Positions 8,012 to 14,765 are shown, counted from the stretch's first letter. The stretch: DNA of 15,491 nucleotides from an uncultured Actinomycetes bacterium (GCA_963725665.1 CAVRZA010000012.1:1-15491); one strand, 5' to 3'. Program-made: numbers and translations. The notes: generated by a model from the sequence alone, not told the origin.

Positions 8012-8970
8012 TCCCGCCAGCGTTCAGCGGCCGCGACGCCGCCGGGCGTCCCGTCGCGCTCGTCAAGGGTGCGGGCGACCTGGCCACCGGAGTGGCTCTG
8101 CGCCTCCTGCGCTCGGGGTTCGCCGTGGTCTTGACCGAGATCCCTCAGCCCACCGTCGTGCGACGGACGGTGGCCTTCGCCGAGGCCGTGTACGAGGGCC
8201 GGACGGTGGTCGAAGGGGTGGAAGGAGTGAGGGTCGAGGCGGCCGAGCGGATCGACGACCTCCTGGTCCGCGAAGCGGTGCCCGTGGTCGTCGATCCCGA
8301 GGCGGCGGTGCTGCGTCCGCTCAGGCCCGCCCTGCTCGTCGACGCCATCGTGGCCAAGCGTAACCTGGGCACGCGTCTGGGTGACGCCCCGGCGGTGGTC
8401 GCCCTGGGGCCGGGGTTCGTCGCCGGGCGCGACGTGCACGCCGTGATCGAGACCAAGCGCGGTCACACGTTAGGCCGGGTCATCTTCGAGGGAGAGGCCC
8501 TGCCCAACACCGGCATCCCCGGAGAGGTGGGCGGCTTCGCTGAGGAGCGTGTGCTGCGTGCTCCCGGCGCGGGGGTCTTTCGCGGCGCGCGCGAGATCGG
8601 CGATCGGGTGAGTCGGGATGAGATCGTCGGCTACGTCGACGATCTCCCGGTCCCCGCGCGCCTGGACGGCGTGCTGCGTGGCTTGCTTCACTCGGGTGTC
8701 GCGGTGGGCGCCGGCTTCAAGGTGGGCGACGTCGATCCCCGCGCGCAGCGTGAGCACTGTTTCGTCGTCTCAGACAAGGCGCTGGCCATCGCCGGTGGAG
8801 TGCTCGAGGCCGCGTGCACCCTCCTCGGCGGCGTGCGCTTTGCGATGACAGAGACGCGACTGTATGAACGTGACGACAGAGACGCGACGGTGAGAGACGT
8901 GGCCGTCAGAGAGGCGACAGTGGGAGACGCGACAGAGATCGACCGGAGGTCCGAAGGAGGTAGGCAGTGA
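8008..8970 (+). CDS. yqeB: EF2563/YqeB-family selenium-dependent molybdenum hydroxylase system protein
   Basis: The likely start is GTG 8008 (GTGA overlap with xdhC, gaggagg upstream) rather than 7444. Motifs: KGAGDLATGVA.RL, P.VVRRTVAF, DAIVAKRNLGT, LGPGF.AG, ETKRGH.LGR, NTGIPG, ERVLRAP, LRGL, KVGDVDPR and SDKALAIAGGVLEA. Confidence 0.92.
   Translation: MIPPAFSGRDAAGRPVALVKGAGDLATGVALRLLRSGFAVVLTEIPQPTVVRRTVAFAEAVYEGRTVVEGVEGVRVEAAERIDDLLVREAVPVVVDPEAAVLRPLRPALLVDAIVAKRNLGTRLGDAPAVVALGPGFVAGRDVHAVIETKRGHTLGRVIFEGEALPNTGIPGEVGGFAEERVLRAPGAGVFRGAREIGDRVSRDEIVGYVDDLPVPARLDGVLRGLLHSGVAVGAGFKVGDVDPRAQREHCFVVSDKALAIAGGVLEAACTLLGGVRFAMTETRLYERDDRDATVRDVAVREATVGDATEIDRRSEGGRQ
8878..8937 (+). repeat. 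15-nt imperfect tandem repeat (4 copies) in the yqeB 3' tail
   Basis: agagacgcgacggtg, agagacgtggccgtc, agagaggcgacagtg and ggagacgcgacagag (RDATV/RDVAV/REATV/GDATE). A fifth out-of-phase copy, agagacgcgactgta, lies at 8850-8864. Confidence 0.7.
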
Positions 8971-9968
8971 AGTCCTATAGCACACTCATCAAGGGCGCAC
9001 GCCTTGTCGTGGAGCGTTGCTTCGCCGTGAAGGAGGGCGACGCGTTGCTCATCATCGCCGACGAGGACCACGAACGTGAGGCCAAGGCCATCGCCGGGGT
9101 GGCGTACTCGCACGGCGCGTACCCCACGATCGCCGACGTCTCGCACCACGTGAGCGCCGCGCTGGCGTCGATGGCCGTTGCCATGGAGCCGTCCAAGACG
9201 GTGGCGGCCGCCATGAAGGCCTCCGACGTGATCATCATCACGACCAACCTCGAGTGGGCGAACCGCTTCGCCCACGTGAACCCGGTCGCCGAGAGTTGCG
9301 CCCTGGGTGCCAAGATCGGGTCGGTCGAGGAGGGCATGGCGGACTGGGACCTCACCTTCGACGACATCGACGCGATCGTGGGTCGGGCCGAGAAGCTCAT
9401 GGCGGCCATGGAGGGCGCTCGGTGGTGTCGCGTCACGAACCCGTCGGGCACCGACGTGCGCATCTGCATCGAAGATCGCCCGCCGCTCAAGGTTGTGCCC
9501 ATCAAGGGCGCCGGCGAGATGATGGGTCCCGTGCCGCTGTGGGGCGAGGTCGCCTACGCGGCGCGCGAGGACAAGACCGTCGGCACGATCGTGGTCGACG
9601 GCATCATGCTCGGCGTCGGGGTCTACGGGTCGCTCAAGGAGCCCATCACGTGGACCATCGAGGACGGACGCGCCGTGAAGATCGAGGGCGGGCCCGAGGC
9701 GGAGCGTCTGAGGAGCGTCATCGCCGATTCCGACGACATGGCCGACGTGGTCGCCGAGTTCGCCATCGGGACGAGCCACAAGGAGGTCTTCGGATCACCC
9801 TCCGAGAAGGGCATGATGGGCACGACGCACTTCGCCCTGGGCGACAACTCGCACGCCTATCCGGGAGGACAGAGCCGCAGCCGGTTGCACCTCGACGGCT
9901 CGGTACGCGACGTGACCATCGAGGTCGACGGGAAGGTCGTCATCAAGGACGGTGCCCTTGTCATCTGA
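8967..9968 (+). CDS. Peptidase M29/aminopeptidase-T-like metallohydrolase
   Basis: T.PSGTD, P.WGEV, GTIVVDG, EFAIGT, EK..GTTHFALGDN and SRLHLDG. The E/E/E/H/H/D metal-ligand pattern appears retained. GTGA overlap with yqeB and RBS aggagg. Confidence 0.82.
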   Translation: MKSYSTLIKGARLVVERCFAVKEGDALLIIADEDHEREAKAIAGVAYSHGAYPTIADVSHHVSAALASMAVAMEPSKTVAAAMKASDVIIITTNLEWANRFAHVNPVAESCALGAKIGSVEEGMADWDLTFDDIDAIVGRAEKLMAAMEGARWCRVTNPSGTDVRICIEDRPPLKVVPIKGAGEMMGPVPLWGEVAYAAREDKTVGTIVVDGIMLGVGVYGSLKEPITWTIEDGRAVKIEGGPEAERLRSVIADSDDMADVVAEFAIGTSHKEVFGSPSEKGMMGTTHFALGDNSHAYPGGQSRSRLHLDGSVRDVTIEVDGKVVIKDGALVI

Positions 9969-9969
9969 G

Positions 9970-10357
9970 ATGTCGGAGAGAGTAGTCGTGGTCGGGCTCG
10001 ACGCCGGCAGGCGCAGCGACATCCCCGGCGGGAGCTGGGTCTGCGAACTGGTCTCGGGACCGCGCACCGGAGCGAGCGCCAGCATGCTCGGCTTCTCGAG
10101 CTGGGCTCCGGGAGCGGACACCAAGCAGCTCGTGCACGAGGTCGACGAGCTCTGCTACATCGTGGGTGGCGAGGGCAAGCTCTCCGTGGGCGAGAGAGCT
10201 CGTCCCGTTCCGCGCCGGGGAGGCGGTGTTCGTCCCAGCCGGCGTGCCGCATGGCGTGGTGAACGACTCGACGGCCGAGATGACCATGGTGTACGTGTTC
10301 TCGCACCCCGAGTACCCACCCACGCGCGAGGCCACCGAGGCTGAAAGAGGCGCGTGA
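9970..10357 (+). pseudogene. Cupin-domain protein interrupted by a frameshift near 10192-10198 (pseudogene, recoding event or sequence error)
   Basis: ATG 9970 lies 1 nt after the upstream stop. Cupin motif 1 (PG....LVHEVDELCYIVGGEG) is in frame +1. Motif 2 (GEAVFVPAGVPHGVVN) is in frame +2 and ends at TGA 10355-10357. The frames switch in ggc-gagagag-ctc. Confidence 0.8.
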
Positions 10358-10376
10358 TCGGGCCGGGTCTGCCGTC

Positions 10377-11006
10377 GTGGGTCGTTCCGACGAGCGGCGG
10401 TCGCGGCTGAGTCGCCGGGGCGCGCGCGGCGCCGCGCTCGTCGCCCTAGCCCTCGCCGCGCTCGTCGTACTGGCCGTCACGCTTCTCGGCGCCTGCTCGG
10501 AGTCCGCCCCAGGCGCGTCGTCTTCGCCCTCGTCGGTGAGCGACGCGTTTCGAGCTGCGCATCCGGCCGGCGGCGTCCCGCCGGGGCTCAAGAGAAGCGG
10601 CGACGCGAGCCGCGCCGCGCAGCTGCTCGCGGCTCGCGTCGCCGCCGATGGCATCCTGCTCCCCGGCTGGCTGCCGCCAGACTACGGTCTTGCGGCGCCG
10701 TACGTCGGCATCGGGAGTGGCGTCGCCCTGCCCAACCCCTACGTCTGGGACGGCGGCTACCGCGTCTCCTACACCGACGGTCGCGGCCTGATCCTGGTGC
10801 ACGTGGGTTCAGGGCGCCTGCCCGGCGAGGGTGCCTGGCAGGCGCTGGCGCGCACGTGGCGCGGGGCTGCCGTACGGATGCGTGTCGCGAACGGACTCAC
10901 GACGGTGGCCTCCCGCGCTGGCGCGCGGCCGGTCGCCGTCGTCGCGGCCGGAGTCCCGACCCCACGGGAGACGGCCGTCCGCGTGCTCCGCAGTCTTCGC
11001 AGGTGA
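10377..11006 (+). CDS. Hypothetical lipoprotein
   Basis: Arg-rich n-region, long hydrophobic h-region and lipobox LGAC (Cys40), followed by an S/P/A-rich linker and a globular part containing LLPGWLPPDY. The start codon is uncertain. Confidence 0.65.
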   Translation: MGRSDERRSRLSRRGARGAALVALALAALVVLAVTLLGACSESAPGASSSPSSVSDAFRAAHPAGGVPPGLKRSGDASRAAQLLAARVAADGILLPGWLPPDYGLAAPYVGIGSGVALPNPYVWDGGYRVSYTDGRGLILVHVGSGRLPGEGAWQALARTWRGAAVRMRVANGLTTVASRAGARPVAVVAAGVPTPRETAVRVLRSLRR

Positions 11007-11070
11007 CGGCGGTCGGCTGACCGAGAGTGCTGGGCGGCGGGTCGTCTCCTCGACGAAGCGAATTCTCCGC

Positions 11071-12546
11071 TTAGACCCGGCCTTCGTCTACGGAGGGCGG
11101 CCCGCCTTCGCCGCACAACCGAGCGATGACGCCGGCGTACACGTCGACCGCGGCTTCGAGCTGCGCCACCGGCACGTGCTCGTTCGGGCGGTGGATGTTG
11201 CCCGTCGCCTCGCCCGGTCCGAAGACGACCACGTCCATTCCGGCTCCCTGGTACACCGACGCTTCGGTCGTGCCGCTCTTGAGCTCACTGTCGGTGGGCA
11301 GGCCGAGCGAGCGCAGCGTCGTGGTGAGCGCCGCCAGGGTCGCCGATTCGTCGGCCGCGAGGAAGGGCGGCGACTCGAGGAGCCGCCGGACCTCGACCAC
11401 GCATCGGCTCTCCGTGCAGCCCTCCTTGAGTCGCTGCTCGTACTCGCCGAGAGCGGCGCCCGGCCGGCCGGCAGACACCGGGCCGGCGGGCACCGAGCGG
11501 ACATCGATCACGTACTCGAGCCGGCCGGACGCCAGCCACAGAAGCCCGTTGTTGACGGTGCTCCACGGCGGCTCGAAGCCCTCGACGACCTCCCCGCGCA
11601 GCTCGGATTCAAGCTGGCGCGTCGCCTCGTGTACGCGTAACAGCAGCGTGATGAGGTCGGGCGAGGTGAGGGGCTCGTTCACAAGCGCGTCGGGCGCCAA
11701 GGGAGACACCTCGACGCCCACCCCGCCGACGCGAGACACGTCGGGTCGCTCCGCGGCGCACATCACGAGTCGGCAGGAGGCCGCCACCTTGTTGACGAGG
11801 TCGCCGCCCTCGATGCCGACCACTTCGACAGGCCGCTCGCTCGACCGTCTGCCCGCGAGGTCGCTCAGCAGGTCGAGGCAGGCGTCGTTGGCCGACGCCC
11901 CGACATGTGGCTGCGACGAGTGAGCCGCCCTGCCCGTGAAGGTGAGGCTCCAGAGGGGAAGTGGCGACGGCGACCTCACCGCCGCGTCGGCGGTGACGCG
12001 GAACTCGACGTAGCCCTTGTGAGCCGGAGTCGGGCGCAGGCCGCTCGGCTCGCCGACGAGCGCGAGGGCCGGTAGGGGCCGCAGCGCCGTGACGAGCAGC
12101 TTCGCCCCCCAGCGGCCCGTCTCCTCGCCGTAGGTGCCGGCGAGCAGCACCGGGCGCTGGAGCGGCTCCTCGCGGAGCCGCTCCAGCGCCGCCAGCTTGC
12201 AGAGGAAGTCGATCTTCACGTCGGCGGCGCCCAGGCCGTACAGCCGACCCTCGTGGAGTGTGAGGGCGAAGGGGTCGCCCCCCGTGCGCGTCCACAACAC
12301 CGGGTCGCCGGGCGGCACGGTATCGAGGTGGGTCGTCAGCAAGAGGGCGCCGGACCGCGGCTCGCCCCGCCACGCCAGCAGGTTGTACTGTCGCTGCCCG
12401 TCGTGGACTTCCTCCTGCAGGGTCGTCGTCAGGCCCGCTTGCGAGCAGAGCGGCGCGAGAAACTCGACTACGGGAAGGTCGGAGACTGAGGAGCGGCTGT
12501 CGATGGCGACGAGCTCGCGCGCGGCGGCGACGACGTCAAGCGACAT
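11071..12546 (-). CDS. M20-family metallopeptidase/deacylase (ArgE/DapE-like), about 491 aa
   Basis: THLDTVP, LYGLGAADVK, GEETG, VGEPS, HKG, GRAAHSSQP, GTTEAS and FGPG...IHRPNEHV. ATG 12546 (MSLDVVAAARELVAIDS) fits typical M20 N-termini. The frame stays open to ATG 12714. Confidence 0.88.
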   Translation of the reverse strand: MSLDVVAAARELVAIDSRSSVSDLPVVEFLAPLCSQAGLTTTLQEEVHDGQRQYNLLAWRGEPRSGALLLTTHLDTVPPGDPVLWTRTGGDPFALTLHEGRLYGLGAADVKIDFLCKLAALERLREEPLQRPVLLAGTYGEETGRWGAKLLVTALRPLPALALVGEPSGLRPTPAHKGYVEFRVTADAAVRSPSPLPLWSLTFTGRAAHSSQPHVGASANDACLDLLSDLAGRRSSERPVEVVGIEGGDLVNKVAASCRLVMCAAERPDVSRVGGVGVEVSPLAPDALVNEPLTSPDLITLLLRVHEATRQLESELRGEVVEGFEPPWSTVNNGLLWLASGRLEYVIDVRSVPAGPVSAGRPGAALGEYEQRLKEGCTESRCVVEVRRLLESPPFLAADESATLAALTTTLRSLGLPTDSELKSGTTEASVYQGAGMDVVVFGPGEATGNIHRPNEHVPVAQLEAAVDVYAGVIARLCGEGGPPSVDEGRV

Positions 12547-12719
12547 GGGAGCCGGGCTCAGCGGCGAGGGCTTGAATGCGACCGGGCACGGTGGTCCTCG
12601 GGATCTTCTCCTCCTCAGGGTCGGGGTGCCGAGCAGGTCACGCGCTACGCCAAGCACGTCGCTCCGCACTCCATGGACGCCCCGAAGCGCACCTGCACGC
12701 CGGGGGGCTCTCATCCGGA

Positions 12720-12729
12720 TGCTATAGTA
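12720..12729. promoter_or_regulatory. Candidate overlapping divergent -10 elements for the SDR (+) and M20 (-) genes
   Basis: The + strand has TG-C-TATAGT (extended -10, 12720-12728). The - strand has TACTAT (12729-12724). This is the only AT-rich patch in the divergent intergenic region. Confidence 0.5.
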
Positions 12730-12804
12730 GAAGGCCTGATGAGCGAACCCCTCGCCTCATTGTCGATCGGCGTCCCCGCGACCGCCGACACCTGCTGAGG
12801 GCGG

Positions 12805-13581
12805 ATGGAGTCGGGCGGCATAGCCGGCAAGCGTGTCCTCGTCACCGCCGCGGCCACCGGCATCGGCCGCCGCGTGGCTGAGCGCTTCGCCGACGAGGGC
12901 GCCCGCGTCCACGTCTGCGACGTGGACGCGGGCGCCCTCGAAGCCTTCGGCGCCGCTCATCCCTCGATCACCGCCACGCTCGCCGATGTGGCCTATCCCA
13001 GCGACATCGACCAGCTCTTCTCCGACGTGCGCGCCCGCCTCGGCGGTCTCGATGTGCTCGTCAACAACGCCGGCATCGCCGGCCCTGCCGCGCCGGTCGA
13101 GGAGATGGACGACGGCAGCTGGCGGCGCACCCTCGACGTGAACCTGACGGGCGCCTTCCTGTGCAGCAAGTTCGCGGTGCCGATGATCAAGGAGGCCGGC
13201 GGCGGGTCGATCGTCTTCATGTCATCGAATGCCGGCACGATGGGCCTTCCCTTCCGCGGGCCCTACGTGGCCTCGAAGTGGGGACTCATCGGCTTCACGA
13301 AGTCGCTGGCCATGGAGCTCGGCCCACACAACATCCGTGTCAACGCCGTCTGCCCCGGCGACGTCGAGGGCGAGCGCATCGATCGCGTCATCGCCGCCGA
13401 GGCGCGCAACCGTGGCATGAGCGAGGATGAGGTCATCGCCGAGCGTGTCACCGCCGTCTCGCTGCGCACGATGGTCACCGCCGACGACGTGGCCGCGCTC
13501 ATTCTCTTCGTCTGCTCCGAGGCGGGGGCCAAGATCTCGGGCCAGGCGCTGGTCGTCGACGGCAACGCCGAGCGCGCCTGA
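12805..13581 (+). CDS. Classical short-chain dehydrogenase/reductase (SDR), probably NAD-dependent
   Basis: VLVTAAATGIG, acidic CDVD after beta-2, NNAGIAG, N in VNLTG, catalytic S (MSSNAG), YVASK, IRVNAVCPG and ISGQALVVDG. Confidence 0.93.
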   Translation: MESGGIAGKRVLVTAAATGIGRRVAERFADEGARVHVCDVDAGALEAFGAAHPSITATLADVAYPSDIDQLFSDVRARLGGLDVLVNNAGIAGPAAPVEEMDDGSWRRTLDVNLTGAFLCSKFAVPMIKEAGGGSIVFMSSNAGTMGLPFRGPYVASKWGLIGFTKSLAMELGPHNIRVNAVCPGDVEGERIDRVIAAEARNRGMSEDEVIAERVTAVSLRTMVTADDVAALILFVCSEAGAKISGQALVVDGNAERA

Positions 13582-13610
13582 GGGGTCAAACCCGGGACAG
13601 TCAAGCGCAG

Positions 13611-14231
13611 ATGCGAACGGAGGCGCTCGACGTGCGTGCTCGCTGGTTCCTAGTCGCATTGTTGGCCACGCTGGTGGCTGTCGTTGCGGCGCTCGCCTAT
13701 CGCTACGTCCCCCCGCCCAGAGACGAGCTGGCGGCCATGCAGAAGACGGCGGCTGCCCTCGAAAGTGCCTTTCTCCCGGGCTGGCCCGAGCAGTACGTCG
13801 GTAGACCGCTTCCCAAGACCGTGAGGGCGGCCATCGACGCGGAGTACCAAGGCGTCATCGGTCGTCTTGGGACGGAGGAGTTCGCGCGCAGCTACGAAGG
13901 CACGGACAGCCACGCGCGCATCATGATGTGGGCGCAGCGTGAGAACGGACGGAGCGACTACGTCGTCAGGCACTGGTTCGATCCTGAGAGCGTGCGCTTC
14001 GTGCGCAGGCTGTGGAACGGAGACGTCGAGATAGAGATCATCGGACGCGAACACGACGACGAGGCAACGTGGAGCCCGAGGCGTGAGCGCATCGTGCGTG
14101 TCACGGAGCGGCAGGCCTTCTACCGCGACCTTATCCGCTTTCGCATGCGTCATGACGATGGTCGCTGGAGGGTCGTCTCCAAGGAATCGATCCGGGCCAT
14201 CGACGAGACTGGCAGGATCGTCGAGGGGTAG
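13611..14231 (+). CDS. Hypothetical membrane-anchored protein
   Basis: A 206-aa ORF filling the gap after the SDR, with one N-terminal hydrophobic helix (WFLVALLATLVAVVAALAY) and a beta-rich C-terminus ending DDGRWRVVS. No recognised family. Confidence 0.6.
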   Translation: MRTEALDVRARWFLVALLATLVAVVAALAYRYVPPPRDELAAMQKTAAALESAFLPGWPEQYVGRPLPKTVRAAIDAEYQGVIGRLGTEEFARSYEGTDSHARIMMWAQRENGRSDYVVRHWFDPESVRFVRRLWNGDVEIEIIGREHDDEATWSPRRERIVRVTERQAFYRDLIRFRMRHDDGRWRVVSKESIRAIDETGRIVEG

Positions 14232-14420
14232 CCCGGCCCCGCCTCCGCGGCACGACGTCGGGTGCTCTCGTGCGGCGGCCTAATCCTCCCGGCGTCGTCT
14301 TCTATTCCGTGGTGCGGCTCCCCCGGCAAACGGCTTCTGCAACGCAGCATCAGGGCAAGAAGGCTGGCGGTGAGAACGACGCGGGCCGTGCCGGCCCGCA
14401 TTCTGCAGAAGGAGGACGTC

Positions 14421-14735
14421 ATGTTCGCACGCGTCACGTCGGCACAGCTCGAGCCGGAGCAGGTAGAGACCTTCGTCAGCATGATCCGCGACCAGGTCAT
14501 CCCCAGGGCTCAGAACCTGCCGGGCTTCAAGGGAGGGTACTGGTTGGTCGATCGCAGCACCGGCAAGGGTATCGGCGTCACATTGTTCGAGAGCGAAGAG
14601 GCGCTCGACGCGTCCGAGGCGCAGGCGAATCGGATACGCGAGGAAGCCAGCAGCGGCGCCGGGCTTGCCGTCCCCTCGTTCGAGCGCTACGAGGTCGTAG
14701 CGTCGGTCGGCGCAGCCGAGACGCTGGCCGCCTAG
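14421..14735 (+). CDS. Small dimeric alpha/beta-barrel (ABM/antibiotic biosynthesis monooxygenase-like) protein, 104 aa
   Basis: Strong RBS aggagg (14410-14415) before ATG 14421. MFARVT, PGFKGGY.LVDRSTGKGIGVTLFESEEALDASE and YEV are typical of actinobacterial ABM-like proteins. Confidence 0.8.
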   Translation: MFARVTSAQLEPEQVETFVSMIRDQVIPRAQNLPGFKGGYWLVDRSTGKGIGVTLFESEEALDASEAQANRIREEASSGAGLAVPSFERYEVVASVGAAETLAA

Positions 14736-14765
14736 CCACACGCCGGGCCGGGCGTTGCCGCGGTC

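Noticed and set aside
8850-8937. CRISPR array
   Set aside because: The units are 15 nt, degenerate and contiguous, with no spacers, inside a coding frame, and no cas genes are present.
725-9779. Long antisense and alternative-frame ORFs (e.g. 725-1726, 3226-4701, 4759-5601, 8688-9779)
   Set aside because: These are shadow ORFs expected from high GC3 codon bias. They have no recognisable motifs and overlap well-supported genes.
662-9968. Selenocysteine UGA codons in the Se-associated operon
   Set aside because: All TGA stops fall at natural protein ends, and most overlap the next start codon. The YqeB/YqeC trait uses labile Se rather than Sec.
11010-11023. Terminator between the convergent lipoprotein and M20 genes (cggtc-ggct-gaccg)
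   Set aside because: A 5-bp stem without a U-tract is expected by chance at this GC content.
11071-12546. YgeY of the enterobacterial/clostridial uric-acid (yge/ssnA/hyuA) cluster
   Set aside because: It is on the opposite strand and has a different length and motifs. No ygeW, ygeX, hyuA, ssnA or ygfK homologues are in the window.
14320-14400. c-di-GMP-I riboswitch suggested by GGCAAAC
   Set aside because: The following stem with a GNRA tetraloop and the GACGCAAAG-type junction are missing.
14262-14420. ORF-track upstream extension of the ABM-like gene
   Set aside because: The strong SD before ATG 14421 and the family-typical MFARV start define the real start.
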